Positions 1-10,698 of a DNA stretch of 64,000 nt are shown here, one piece after another. Both the position numbers and the translations under genes were made by a program. The notes below the pieces were generated by a model. It was given only the letters and a program-made list of their open reading frames with translations. It was not told the origin of the DNA and searched no databases. The stretch comes from Candidatus Bathyarchaeota archaeon (GTDB taxonomy: Archaea > Thermoproteota > Bathyarchaeia > Bathyarchaeales > Bathycorpusculaceae), in assembly GCA_963707955.1 (NCBI GenBank), contig OY970176.1:2208001-2272000 (forward strand), read 5' to 3'. How positions within the stretch are numbered: the first letter of the stretch is position 1; every line of letters begins with the position of its first letter.

Positions 1-532
1 AGTCGTTAAGAAACTCCAAACGATGAAACTACAAGTCATAATGATCACCGGAGACAACAAAAGGACAGCCGAAGCCATCGCCAAGAAAGCAGGCATCAAC
101 CGGTACCTAGCCGAGATTTTACCCGACAAGAAAGCTGAAGAAGTCAAGAAACTCCAGAACGAAGGTTTAGTTGTGGCCATGGTTGGTGATGGCATAAATG
201 ATGCGCCGGCCTTAGCACAGGCCGATGTGGGAATTGCCTTGGGAAGCGGAACGGACATTGCAGTGGAAACTGGAGGCATAGTCCTGATCAGAAACAATCT
301 CATGGATGTGGTAACTGCAATCCAACTCAGCAAGAAAACGTACTCAAAAATCAAACAGAATTTCACCTGGGCATTCTGTTACAATGCAGCTCTCATTCCA
401 GTGGCGGCGGGAGTGCTTCAGCCATTCGGCATAGTTATGAATCCCGTTTTTGCAGCGGGAGCCATGGCCTTTAGCTCCATATCCGTAGTCTCAAACTCCC
501 TGCTTCTGAGACGATTCAAGCCGGAGAAATGA
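1..532 (+). CDS. copA: Heavy-metal (Cu+) translocating P1B-type ATPase, C-terminal part (gene starts upstream of the window)
   Basis: [25 protein letters not shown] hinge motif; C-terminal helices with YN and MxxSS Cu-ATPase signatures. Confidence 0.92.
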   Translation, partial: VVKKLQTMKLQVIMITGDNKRTAEAIAKKAGINRYLAEILPDKKAEEVKKLQNEGLVVAMVGDGINDAPALAQADVGIALGSGTDIAVETGGIVLIRNNLMDVVTAIQLSKKTYSKIKQNFTWAFCYNAALIPVAAGVLQPFGIVMNPVFAAGAMAFSSISVVSNSLLLRRFKPEK

Positions 533-535
533 ACA

Positions 536-1135
536 GTGAGCACTAGCAACGAAAAATCGCTTACAACGAAGCTTATTCCCATCGCTCAAATGGATTGCTC
601 AACATGCGTTCCAATTTTGGAGAGAGAAATCCTGAAGCTTAAAGGAGTGAGAGAAGCTCGAGCAAATTACCTGACTAAAATGGTAAAGATTGTGTATGAT
701 TCGGATTTGGTCAGGTTGTCCGAGATAGAGTCGGCTGTTGAAAGAGTTGGTTATCAGATTGCTTACAAGAAGTATCCCAGTGTTGCTTCAAAATTGAAGG
801 GGCTCTTTCAAAAAGAAAAACCAAGCTACGTGAAAGTTATTTCTGACGCTGATTTTGCCTCAAAGGTACTACATGCATCCAAACCAGTTGCCGTTCTTTT
901 CTCATCGCCAAGTTGCCCCGCATGTCAAGCAGCGAAGTCAGTGTATGTTGAAACTGCTGAGGACTTAGCTGGGCGCGCTGAGCTTTACGAGATGGATATT
1001 TCTACGTCAGAGATTTGGCACAACTATGACATTCCTAGTATTCCCACTATTCTAATCTTTAGAGATGGTCAATTGAAAGGAAAGTTAATGCCCCTACTAC
1101 AGAAAACCGAGATAATCGAGGCTTTGACTAAATAA
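536..1135 (+). CDS. HMA (CopZ-like) domain fused to a thioredoxin domain
   Basis: N-terminal MDCSTC metal-binding motif; C-terminal CPAC and SIPT cis-Pro thioredoxin motifs; 3 nt downstream of copA. Confidence 0.8.
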   Translation: MSTSNEKSLTTKLIPIAQMDCSTCVPILEREILKLKGVREARANYLTKMVKIVYDSDLVRLSEIESAVERVGYQIAYKKYPSVASKLKGLFQKEKPSYVKVISDADFASKVLHASKPVAVLFSSPSCPACQAAKSVYVETAEDLAGRAELYEMDISTSEIWHNYDIPSIPTILIFRDGQLKGKLMPLLQKTEIIEALTK

Positions 1136-1418
1136 AAGCAAAAGAGCGCATGGATTATGAGTTGATGCGGAGTGGTAAATTGATCAGCTCAAAGAAGATA
1201 AGAGGACGTATTCCCAATCGAGGATGAATGATTGTGATTTTTCAATTTTAGAATTGCACTTTTTGCTTTCTAGCGCGCGCTGTTTGGCTCAAGCTGTGCG
1301 ACGATTTACTTTCCAGCTATTGTTAGTTCGGCGAGTTTGATCGTTGGTGATGCTGTAGCATGAAAGTCGGAAGTGTTTTAATATCGCAAAACGTCAAATC
1401 ACAAGTGGAGAGACGTGG

Positions 1419-2234
1419 ATGAACGTTATGGCTGCGCCTCCTGAAGTGCCTCCAGAACTGCCTCCAGAAAAGCTTCCTACGGAGAGGGGAAGGACCGCTT
1501 ACCGAGTTCTGCTGTTTGTCTTGCTGGCTTCTTTGCTGCTCCTTACTCTGGTCTTTGTCTTTCCGCTTCTTATAAATTTGCGAAATCAGCACTTAATCAG
1601 CTCCTTCTGGTCAGGCTATACTGTCGCCTCAGACTTGAATTACCCGCAACCGAGCGTCACGAGCGTCAATGGGTCTTGGACGGTTCCCACAGTCAACGTT
1701 TCAGTAGGAAACTCTTTCTCAGTGGCGTGGATTGGTATTGGTGGACAATTTGACAGTACGTTGATCCAAGCAGGAACTGAACAAGACTCAACAAGAGGAC
1801 AAGGGACATACTCGGCCTGGTATGAGCTGTTGAATGAATCGGTCGTGACTATCGATTCATTGAACATAATGCCAGGGGACAGAATCACGGCTTCAATATC
1901 GCTTTTGGTTCCAACCAATAGCATCTGGTCGATAGAAATTCATGATGTCACAAATGAACAATCGTTCCAGAAAAATGTGTTTTATGATTCCTCAATGCTC
2001 TCTGCAGAATGGATTGTGGAGCGACCAACAATAAACAACCGTCTTGCGACTCTAGCTGACTTTGGTCAAGTGACATTCACAGGTTGCACAGCGACCATAA
2101 GCGGCACAATTGGAACGGTAAGCAGTTTTCCTCACATCCAAGTAATAATGTACAATCTTCAAAACACGCAACTGGTGAGTGTTTCAACCTTAACTTCCAA
2201 CGGCTCCTCCTTCACACTCAACTACGTAGACTAG
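1419..2234 (+). CDS. Membrane-anchored glutamic peptidase (family G1/A4)
   Basis: WSGY, W.GI.G, LIQAGT (catalytic Q), AWYE and SAEWIVE (catalytic E) motifs; N-terminal TM helix. Confidence 0.85.
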   Translation: MNVMAAPPEVPPELPPEKLPTERGRTAYRVLLFVLLASLLLLTLVFVFPLLINLRNQHLISSFWSGYTVASDLNYPQPSVTSVNGSWTVPTVNVSVGNSFSVAWIGIGGQFDSTLIQAGTEQDSTRGQGTYSAWYELLNESVVTIDSLNIMPGDRITASISLLVPTNSIWSIEIHDVTNEQSFQKNVFYDSSMLSAEWIVERPTINNRLATLADFGQVTFTGCTATISGTIGTVSSFPHIQVIMYNLQNTQLVSVSTLTSNGSSFTLNYVD

Positions 2235-2381
2235 CAGGTCATTCCTACTGAGCGTGAACCAATATCTCCTTCATACTTTCATGTTCAAGCATTTTCACTT
2301 CGCGTAGGATTCCTTTGTTTTTTCATGCTACCGAAGGAAGTCGTCCAATGTCACGATTTATTCCCCAAGATAGGCTTATGG

Positions 2382-2798
2382 TTACAGCACTTTCTTAGAA
2401 AGGGCTCTGATCGTTTCGTAGATTGATGCTGCCGTTGCAAAGCTGATAACTCCTAGAGCGAATACGTATTCTCTTGTTAGGATGGGCGGTCTAAGAAAAA
2501 CTACCATAAATATCAATGAAGTTACTAAGAATATTGTATAGAAGAAATTTCGCGGGACTAAAAACCTTCTAAAACGAACGAGGTTTTCAAGGATTATTCG
2601 ATCTGCAACATAACCGTTTAGTTCCTTTTTGATTAACCCTGCCTCTTCCAGTTTGTTTATGTGATAAAGCGCTAGGGTCGGGCTGCTCAGATTCAGCGCC
2701 CGCTGAACTTCGCGGATTCCGGTCGGCCTATCGCTTTTCAATATGAACTTGTAAACCTTTAGCGTGAGCCCTCTCAGAACGTCCTTCGATTCGCTCAC
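2382..2798 (-). CDS. Winged-helix transcription regulator with two C-terminal TM helices
   Basis: GIREVQRALNLSSPTLALYHINKLEEAGLI wHTH followed by two hydrophobic segments. Confidence 0.8.
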   Translation of the reverse strand: MSESKDVLRGLTLKVYKFILKSDRPTGIREVQRALNLSSPTLALYHINKLEEAGLIKKELNGYVADRIILENLVRFRRFLVPRNFFYTIFLVTSLIFMVVFLRPPILTREYVFALGVISFATAASIYETIRALSKKVL

Positions 2799-2840
2799 AG
2801 CTTTCCCGTCTCCATATGAGAAACCAACCGTATCACACTA

Positions 2841-2882
2841 TTTGAACCGTTGCTGTTCAAACTATTTGTACACATGTACAAA
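2841..2882. promoter_or_regulatory. Two adjacent palindromes, candidate operators between divergent genes
   Basis: TTTGAAC-N7-GTTCAAA (2841-2861) and TTTGTACA-CA-TGTACAAA (2865-2882). Confidence 0.5.
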
Positions 2883-2929
2883 AACGTAGAATTAAATTTT
2901 TCACTGACTATTCATTCTCTTGATGCCTC

Positions 2930-4045
2930 ATGAACTCCAAGATACAAATGATCGCAGCGTCGATCCTAGCAATCGGGCTTGCAATCGGGCTTGGGACAGT
3001 GAGCTTTGGGTTGTTCTCTGAAACTCCAACTCCAACGAAGCTTGAGACAGTCCTGGATGTTTACACGCAGAAAGGCGGCATAGGAATCAACGTTTCCGGT
3101 GGAAACTTTGAGCCTTTCGATAATGTTTCCATCCTTGCTTATCTCACTCAGGGAGGCATCAAAGTAGAAAACCGTCCAGTGACATTTTCGATACAGAAGC
3201 CAGATGGCACGTATATAGTCTCGATAGCCTCAACAAACGACTCAGGTCTTGCTGAAACAGATGTATCCCTTCTTCCTTCTGAGGGCCACGTGATAGGAAC
3301 ATGGCAAGTCCTTGCAAACGCGACGGTAGACAATGAAGCCGTGAATGATACGCTTGACTTCACATGCGAATCGCAAAGCGCTAGAATTGACCTCTTTTCT
3401 GAAAGCAACGGGGTTCCCAGCATCTCCTTTCTCCCAAACGAAACAGTTCTCCTTGAGGCTCAATTGTCCTACAAAAATGCCTCAATAGCTGGAACCCCGG
3501 TTACTTTTGATGCAACAACTGCAAATGACACTGATTTCCCTATATCACCGCCAACAGTGACCACAAACAGCCTTGGAACAGCAAACGTTACCTTTCGCAT
3601 TCCGTGGCCCTCAGACGTCTCCCTTGGAATTTGGCGAGTATCGGCCGCGAGCGAAGTGTACGGACAGGCCTTGAACGCCACGATAAGCTTTGAATGTTCT
3701 TTGCTGCCACCGGTAATAGACGTTTTCACCCAAAAGGGCGGCGTTGGACCGAACACATCAGGGGGAAATTTCACACTTAATGAAACTGTAATTCTCTACG
3801 CCGAAGTTCGAGATGAGCTCAACCAGACAGTGCCCAATCAAGCGGTAGGGTTTGAAATAAAAGAATCCAACGGAACAGACTTTGTCATTCTAGCGCGCAC
3901 GACAAACTCTTCAGGAATAGCAACCGTGACAATTCGAGTACCACCAGATCCTTCGTACCTTGGGACCTTTCAAGTCTACGTAAGCACACAATACTACGGC
4001 GTTCTGCTTCTCGACACCCTCACCTTCATAGCCACACAAGACTAG
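2930..4045 (+). CDS. Membrane-anchored surface protein with repeated Ig-like domains
   Basis: N-terminal TM/signal; internal repeat DV(Y/F)TQKGG.G.N.SGGNF; many N-X-S/T sequons; beta-rich. Confidence 0.75.
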   Translation: MNSKIQMIAASILAIGLAIGLGTVSFGLFSETPTPTKLETVLDVYTQKGGIGINVSGGNFEPFDNVSILAYLTQGGIKVENRPVTFSIQKPDGTYIVSIASTNDSGLAETDVSLLPSEGHVIGTWQVLANATVDNEAVNDTLDFTCESQSARIDLFSESNGVPSISFLPNETVLLEAQLSYKNASIAGTPVTFDATTANDTDFPISPPTVTTNSLGTANVTFRIPWPSDVSLGIWRVSAASEVYGQALNATISFECSLLPPVIDVFTQKGGVGPNTSGGNFTLNETVILYAEVRDELNQTVPNQAVGFEIKESNGTDFVILARTTNSSGIATVTIRVPPDPSYLGTFQVYVSTQYYGVLLLDTLTFIATQD

Positions 4046-4155
4046 TCTAACCAAAACCTGGGAAGCGTACGCTGACGTGCCCAACATTTTTACTCCCATT
4101 TCTCCCTGTTCAAAGATTGCTCAAACAAGGCTTCAGCTAATCGTTAATGTCCATT

Positions 4156-4452
4156 TTAAACGATAAACAGTAGGAACACTGATGCAATTAAACAGAACAA
4201 TCCAACGAGGAACATCACAGCAGCGCTTGTCCAAAGTTTCTTCCGAGTCGGATAGATGCTGTAAAAGAATATGGAAAACGCTGACAGGAGAAATGTCACT
4301 GCGCCCAGCAGTAGCGTAAACTTTAGCGGAAAGGGAGTTTGCGCGCCGTGGAGACCTGTGACCTGCAGAACCGCCAAACTCAGTGCGGCCAACGTTCCAG
4401 GATAGGAAGCATTAACGATCGGTTTTATGAATTTCTCCTCAAATTCTTCCAT
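4156..4452 (-). CDS. Small three-TM membrane protein
   Basis: 98-aa ORF with three hydrophobic segments. Confidence 0.65.
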   Translation of the reverse strand: MEEFEEKFIKPIVNASYPGTLAALSLAVLQVTGLHGAQTPFPLKFTLLLGAVTFLLSAFSIFFYSIYPTRKKLWTSAAVMFLVGLFCLIASVFLLFIV

Positions 4453-4780
4453 TATCTAGCCTTCTCGTCTCTTGCCGACTCAGTTTAAGCTCGTTAGCCC
4501 TTAAACTTTTTGCGAAAGCCCACTGAAAGGATCAATGGTGCGCATGAGTGTTACCTAAATTCGGTTTCTCGCACGCACCACGTTAAATGTGTATGCGAAA
4601 AGCAAATTGATAAGAACGTTGAATGGGCCACCAGCACGCGCGTGTACGCTGTAGTTTGATCTCTGAAGCGCTGAAAGCCAGATAGAACATAATCCCATAA
4701 TAGTTAAATAAGTGGCGTCGAGAAATTATAATGTGATAGGAAAGAGAAAGGATAACAACATAGATTGAAGGGAGAGGGAT

Positions 4781-6409
4781 ATGTTGAAATATGGGAAAGC
4801 AGCGCTCGCTACTTTGATTTTGTTTGCGCTCTTGGTTCAGGGAGCTTCGTTCATGCTTGTCGCCAAGGCTCAGCCGACGGCGGAGCAGTTTTCCATCATA
4901 AACCCTGGGCCCAGCAGCTACCCGTCAAGATGGAACGCATCCTCAACGGTGCGCGACTATAACACCTCAAACTTCATCTTCTACAGCAATGAAACAAGCT
5001 TCGACTCAACGTTCTTCATGAACGTCACAGTAACGAACGTGACAAACCTGTTCGGATGGGGCATAGGCATAGTCTACGACAACACGACCCTGCAGTTTGT
5101 CAGAGCTTGGCTTCCAACCGACCACGTATTTACGGGTGCTGTGGACGCGGGTGCAAGCGTCGTAGCGCCTTCGCCAGTAGTTGCTCCTGTCGATGCTACT
5201 CACCAAGAAATAGAGTATGGCGCCTCATATACTCCGCCTACGCCTCCTTGGAGCTTCAACGGCACAGGCACACTTGCTCAAGTAGAGTTTCAAATAATAG
5301 CAGAAGTGAACAGCACAAACACACAAGTAAGTTCATCGTTCACATTTGATCCAGTTTGGACGGCTGTTTACTTCTGGCCAAGCGGGACGGAAGTTCCCAC
5401 GTCAAACACCGGGAACTTTGTTTACGCGTTTCCAGTGACTGCTCCTACTCCGACCATAGCCGCCTTGGCGATTAGCCCATCTAGCATAATCGATTCGTCA
5501 CTGGTTCCTACAAGCACCTTCAGCGTTAACGTTACCATAAGTAACGCAACCGATTTGAACAGGTGGAGCATGAGCATCTACTACAACAACACGATGTTGG
5601 GTGTTGCAAATTCGGTGGAAGGAAGTTTTATGAATAGCGTTGGAACAACGACGTTCGCGTCAAACACCACTCAAGACTTCAATGCCACAAATGGAAAGCT
5701 GATGTTATCATGCAATTTTACGAGTGGAAGCGTAGGTGCTTCTGGAAAGGGAACCATTGCCACGATAACTTTTCAAGTTTTGGCTAATGGTAGCACGCCA
5801 ATCGTGATGGCAGATATACAAATGACTGACTCCTTCGGCAGATCCATAAGCTACACTCAGGCCAATGGCTTCTTCAGTAACATCCCAACAACCACTATCC
5901 ACGAGGTTGTGGTGACAGACATTACGGTTAGTAGCTATTTTAGTAGCACGTGGGTTTACCAAGGACGAGATGTCAACATCAACGTGACAGTCTCGGATAG
6001 CGGAGGTTTCCCCGAAAACGCGACAGTTACCTTGTACTACAACATAACGGCTGGCGAGATAGCAGGCGTACAGAGCGTGACGCTCATCAGCGGAGAAAAC
6101 GAGACACTCCTGTTCGTGTGGAACACCACAGGCGTACCAATCAGCTACGATAACTACACGCTAACGGCAGTTGCAAGAATACCCACTGGCTCAAACACAT
6201 TGTCCGATGGAACCATGCAGGTTAGAATTTTGGGCGACTTGGACGGGAATGGCAAAGTCGACATGGCCGATGTTATCGTCTTTGAAGACGCGTTCGGTTC
6301 GTACCCGACTCATCCGAGATGGAACCCTGCGGCGGACGTCAACGAAAACGGGATAGTTTATCTCAACGACCTGGCCACCCTGTTGATGCACTGGGGCCAA
6401 ACCAGCTAG
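4781..6409 (+). CDS. Secreted protein with two cohesin-like domains, a CARDB-like domain and a C-terminal dockerin
   Basis: Signal peptide; two NVT..NV.DL..W...I.Y.NT.L cohesin-like repeats; GDLDGNGKVDMAD...ADVNENGIV.LND duplicated EF-hand dockerin. Confidence 0.82.
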   Translation: MLKYGKAALATLILFALLVQGASFMLVAKAQPTAEQFSIINPGPSSYPSRWNASSTVRDYNTSNFIFYSNETSFDSTFFMNVTVTNVTNLFGWGIGIVYDNTTLQFVRAWLPTDHVFTGAVDAGASVVAPSPVVAPVDATHQEIEYGASYTPPTPPWSFNGTGTLAQVEFQIIAEVNSTNTQVSSSFTFDPVWTAVYFWPSGTEVPTSNTGNFVYAFPVTAPTPTIAALAISPSSIIDSSLVPTSTFSVNVTISNATDLNRWSMSIYYNNTMLGVANSVEGSFMNSVGTTTFASNTTQDFNATNGKLMLSCNFTSGSVGASGKGTIATITFQVLANGSTPIVMADIQMTDSFGRSISYTQANGFFSNIPTTTIHEVVVTDITVSSYFSSTWVYQGRDVNINVTVSDSGGFPENATVTLYYNITAGEIAGVQSVTLISGENETLLFVWNTTGVPISYDNYTLTAVARIPTGSNTLSDGTMQVRILGDLDGNGKVDMADVIVFEDAFGSYPTHPRWNPAADVNENGIVYLNDLATLLMHWGQTS

Positions 6410-6873
6410 ATCTTTTTCCATTTAACTCCTTTTTCTTGCTTTCTGCAGCAAGCATTTCTAATTCTCGCAAAAATATGCGAGTTACGCAGCAGCAAATGTT
6501 AAGGCGCCGCCAAGGTTGCTTACTGCTCAAATGGGCTTTTTCGTCTTTAAGTTGTTCATGTAACCATTTCAGTATACCGTGTGCGCCCTTTTCTGACAAA
6601 GGCTATTATTGTTTATAAAAGCATCATAGCTGCCCGCTTCCCAGCTTTTTCACAGCGTCTTTCGGAAAAACTCGACTAGGCCCGGTTCCGTCGTAATAAG
6701 CGCTAATTCACGGATTGAATATTCAAACAGAAGGACTCGAAATTCAAGCGCGCGCTAGGTCCAAGCTTCTCACTGTTTCAGTTATTTCAGTTCTTGACCT
6801 TCGTTTGAGCAATTCGGGAAATGAGAGAATTCGTATAAGTGTTGTAGTCCAGTATGTAGCGAGGTGTGAGTGA

Positions 6874-7317
6874 ATGCCAGGAGTTCTTGTCCTTTATTAC
6901 AGCAGAACTGGAAACACTGAGAAAATGGCTTTGGCCGTTGCAGACGGAGCCAAAAGCGTGCCTGGAACTGAAGTAGAACTGAACTACTACGTGCCTCAAG
7001 AGGAGCTCATGGGTTTCGACGCTATACTTGTTGGAGCAGCAACCTATCATCATGACATGCCCGTTACATTTAAGAACTATTTTGAGGAGGCGGCTGTGAA
7101 AAACGTAATGCTGAAAGGCAAAGTCGGAGCGGCGTTCGGTTCATACGGGTGGAGTGGCGAAGTTTCTCGACTGGTTCTTGAGATATTGAGGAACAGGTTT
7201 GGCATGGAAGTGACTGAGTCGCCGTTATCAGTGGTATATACGCCGGACTAGGCTGGTCTGGAGAAGTGCTTTGCTTTGGGTAAAAGGGTTGCCGAAAGCC
7301 TTATTCGTAAAGCTTGA
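6874..7317 (+). pseudogene. Flavodoxin/FprA-type FMN domain protein with an in-frame TAG at 7249-7251
   Basis: YYSRTGNTEKMA, FGSYGWSGE motifs; reading through TAG gives the expected C-terminal helix AGLEKCFALGKRVAESLIRKA* ending at 7317; mutation or sequencing error. Confidence 0.75.
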
Positions 7318-7345
7318 CATGTGCTTACGACTAGGAGGCGAAGGT

Positions 7346-7825
7346 TTGAGCTCGAAAGAAGAATTGGTAAGATTCTTGAAGGACCAAATCAAAGTTGAGA
7401 ACAAAATTGTGGAATCGTTAAACAAGTCTTTGCCTGAAATTGGAAACCCCACGGTCAAGGGTGTTTTGAAAGGAGTATCCTTGGACTCTGTGAAACACGC
7501 TGAATTGTACGCCTCGGCAGTCATGCTGATGACCACTGTCTCGAAAGCTCTGACGCAAGAAAACCTTGACAAACAGAAGGATCTCGTGGAAAAACACATT
7601 CAGATGGAGGCGGAGCTTATCGAGAAAATAGGCAACGTACTTCCCTCAGTCAAAGACAACAAGGTCAAACTGTTGCTGAATGCGATACTGGCGGATGAGA
7701 AGAGACATCATGGTCTCTTGAAACAGGTGCTGGAAATCCTTGTCAAAGGAGAGACCATAACAGAAGCAGACTGGTGGGACGTTCTCTGGAAAGACGTGCC
7801 ATTTCACGGAGCACCCGGAGGCTAA
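7346..7825 (+). CDS. Ferritin-like (rubrerythrin-type diiron) protein
   Basis: DSVKH and DEKRHH motifs; TTG start at 7346 preceded by AGGAGG. Confidence 0.75.
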   Translation: MSSKEELVRFLKDQIKVENKIVESLNKSLPEIGNPTVKGVLKGVSLDSVKHAELYASAVMLMTTVSKALTQENLDKQKDLVEKHIQMEAELIEKIGNVLPSVKDNKVKLLLNAILADEKRHHGLLKQVLEILVKGETITEADWWDVLWKDVPFHGAPGG

Positions 7826-7950
7826 ACATCAACGCGTTCGTGAAACACGCCTGCTTCCTTTCATTTTTTGGATGTGCTAGCTCGAAACGATTGGTTTAAA
7901 TGATAATATCAAAGTAATTAGCAGAGACCTGAGTTCTCAAAGGCGGAAAC

Positions 7951-8142
7951 ATGGCTAAGATCAAAATCGATAACGCCAAGTGCTTAAGAGAAAAAGAAAA
8001 GATCTGCGTGGAGATATGCCCATTTTCAATTTTCCGTGAAGGAAAAACAGAAAGAGTAGAGATTGTCAACGTGGAGAACTGTATAATGTGCAGAACCTGT
8101 ATCGTCAACTGTCCAGGCCAGGCAATAGACATTCTGGTTTGA
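7951..8142 (+). CDS. Small 4Fe-4S ferredoxin
   Basis: C..C...CP and CIMCRTCIVNCP motifs. Confidence 0.85.
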   Translation: MAKIKIDNAKCLREKEKICVEICPFSIFREGKTERVEIVNVENCIMCRTCIVNCPGQAIDILV

Positions 8143-8148
8143 AACGTT

Positions 8149-9559
8149 CTACAGAATTGTGAGCACCTTGCCTCTTTGATTCTTTATTTCGACTCTTAGT
8201 TTCTCGCCAGTGGTTCTCGTGGCGCATTTTATGCAGGGGTCGTAAGCTCTGATCACCATTTCGATTCTGTTCAAGAGTCCCGGCTTGACCTCGCCGTTTT
8301 GTATGAACTCGGTTGCAGCGTCTTTCACGTTCAGGTTTATCGCCTGATTGTTGATCTGCGTGGGTATTATCAGTTTCAACTGTTCCAGCCGACCGTCGTT
8401 GGACAAAACGTATTCGTGTGCAAGCGTGCCTCTTGGTGCTTCAACTACTCCGATTCCTCTGCCACCTTTCGGTTCGACTTTGACTCTGGTGTCTGAATGT
8501 GTCAGGGTCTCGTCTTCCAGGAGTTCCTTCGCTTTCTCAACCGCGTACATCAGGTCAATCAGACGGGCGTAATCGAGGAGGATAGTGGTGTGAGCAGGGG
8601 TTCCGAATTTTCTTTTGAACTCATGTAGCTCCGTGTTGGCAAGTTCAGTTGTGGTTTTGCTGTTCACGTTGATTCTTGCTGTCGGACCCACTTGCACGAT
8701 GCCTTCAGGCCATCCTAAGGCTTTCAGGTACGCAAATTTCGCGTATGTCCAAGGATAGATTTTTTCTTCGACGTGCTCCATGTAGTCTTGAGCTGCAAAT
8801 TCTGCCACGTTTCCGCCTTCAGGATTGATGATTCGGATGTTTCCGCGGTAGAAGTTTATGGCGTCATCTTGCGTTAACGCCATGTAATGAGTCCTGTAGT
8901 CTCCAGTCTCTCTTGAAGTCTGCCCAGTTTTTTTCGAAAAGCTCCTTGCCCGTGGCCAAAGCTTCTTTGGCAATGGCGATCGAGTTTTCAGCCTCCTTGA
9001 GCAGCTCTTCGCGCTCTCTTTCCCTGAGGGGGTTGATTAGACCCCCAGGAATCACCGAGAGAATATGTACTTCACGTTTTCCAACGACGTCTAATATTTT
9101 AGCACCGAAGCTTCTGAGGGCTATAGCCCTTTTGCCGACGTCAGGTCTTTCTCGCATGATCTGGAATATGTTTCTCTTCGAAGGATCCTCTTCTAGAGGA
9201 AACCAGAAATCTGGAAGTGTGAGAAAGTAGATGACCAAAGAGTGATTGCTGACTATTTGTCCCATGAGCAGAAGTTCACGGAGTTTCCGGGCTGACTCAG
9301 TAATCTCTGTTTGGTAAATGCTTTCTATGGCTTCCACAGACGCCATTATGTGGGCCGTTGAGCACACGCCGCATATCCTTGAGATTATGAATGGCAGCCT
9401 GTCCGCCTCCATCCCTCTTAGAAAATATTCGAAACCACGAATTTCTGTGGCATAGAAATGAGCGTCAGCAACGTTTCCAGATTCATCAAGCATTATCGTG
9501 ACTTTGCCGTGCCCCTCAATCCTCGTCGTCGGCGATATCGTTATCTCTTTTCTGCTCAA
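8149..9559 (-). CDS. Group 3 [NiFe]-hydrogenase large subunit, split by one frameshift near 8905-8935
   Basis: RIEGHG, L1 RICGVC in ORF 8864-9559; EAPRG.L.H and L2 RAYDPCIKCATR plus C-terminal extension in ORF 8149-8973. Confidence 0.88.
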
Positions 9560-10419
9560 ACGACTCTGTCCCTCGCTTTGGCACGTTCAAACCTTGAAAA
9601 GATGAAAGTGTGGAAGACGAAGGGGTTGCGGTAGAGTTCCTGCTTAATCGTTTGTTCAGGGATGCTCGTTCTGCTCGCTATGACTTTGACCAAGAAGGCA
9701 TACATGTCCCTTGACCTGTACATCATAGAGTCAGGCGGACCTCTGCATCCGAAGCACGTGAAGCCAGCTCTGGGGCATGGCGCTCCGCAACCCTCACGTG
9801 TTAGGGAGCCCAGACACACGAAGCCCTGACTGACCATACAGAGCACAGGGTCTGCTGGTTTTTCATATATGCCGTACAAACGATCGAGCTTCGCTGCAAC
9901 TATTTTTCTGTGACATTCGGCGCACACTACGCTTTGATGGCGTTCTGGCTGCTTACCACTCACTATGCTTTTCAGCGTGTGAACTATCAGGAAAGGCATA
10001 GGCGGACAGCCTGGAATATAGTAGTCAACATCGACAAAGTTGCATATGGGATACATGAGATCCTCAAGTTCCGGAAGTTTCGTTGCGTCGATCAGGGAAT
10101 ATTCTTTCTCTAACAGGTTCTTGAGGGCAAGCATGTTTCCGAGGCTAGTTATTCCACCATGGGTCGCGCATAGTCCCAAACCTACGAGTATCCGACACTT
10201 CGCTCTCACTTCTCTTATCAACGTTTCATCGTCTTTGGTCCTGACTCCTCCTTCAACGATTGCTAAATCAACGTTTGGAACCTCTTTCAAGTCAATGAAG
10301 GTTGGGGAGTAGACGATGTCGAAGTCTCCTGCGAGAATTTCAATCAGTGCGTCACCAGCATTCAAGAACGACGAGACGCAACCAGCACAACACGTCAAAG
10401 AAACTATGTTTACCTTCAA
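9556..10419 (-). CDS. Group 3 [NiFe]-hydrogenase small subunit (MvhG/HydD-like)
   Basis: CCAGC, GLCATHGG, IPGCPP, VCAEC, CLG.LTREGCGAPCP...CFGCRG Fe-S motifs; 4-nt overlap with large subunit. Confidence 0.88.
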   Translation of the reverse strand: MKVNIVSLTCCAGCVSSFLNAGDALIEILAGDFDIVYSPTFIDLKEVPNVDLAIVEGGVRTKDDETLIREVRAKCRILVGLGLCATHGGITSLGNMLALKNLLEKEYSLIDATKLPELEDLMYPICNFVDVDYYIPGCPPMPFLIVHTLKSIVSGKQPERHQSVVCAECHRKIVAAKLDRLYGIYEKPADPVLCMVSQGFVCLGSLTREGCGAPCPRAGFTCFGCRGPPDSMMYRSRDMYAFLVKVIASRTSIPEQTIKQELYRNPFVFHTFIFSRFERAKARDRVV

Positions 10420-10698
10420 ACCTTTTCACTCTCGGTCTTGAAAGACTTCGAGGCACTTCTAAAGAGTATGTGCTTGAAATTCCTTAAGCCTTTCTGTCTA
10501 GTGGGATACTGCAGGACAATGCATTTTGCTGTTCTTTTTGAGGGTGCTCTTTCTCAAGAACCAGAACACATAGACCTATCAGTCAAAGGATAGGCGTCAA
10601 AGGCTGGTTAGAAAAGGGGAAAGATGATTATCGAGCCACTTTGCAAGAATCGTGACGTGCACGCCTAAAAGGCTGACAATCGATTTGGGCGAACGGGG

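Noticed and set aside
7249-7251. In-frame TAG in flavodoxin as pyrrolysine recoding
   Set aside because: Many genes here end normally at TAG (e.g. 2234, 4045, 6409), and the other in-frame stops are TAA (cas1) and TGA (panE), so there is no consistent recoding
8905-8940. Programmed frameshift or phase variation in the hydrogenase large subunit
   Set aside because: Falls at a short homopolymer/dinucleotide run in a window with many similar indels; sequencing error is more parsimonious
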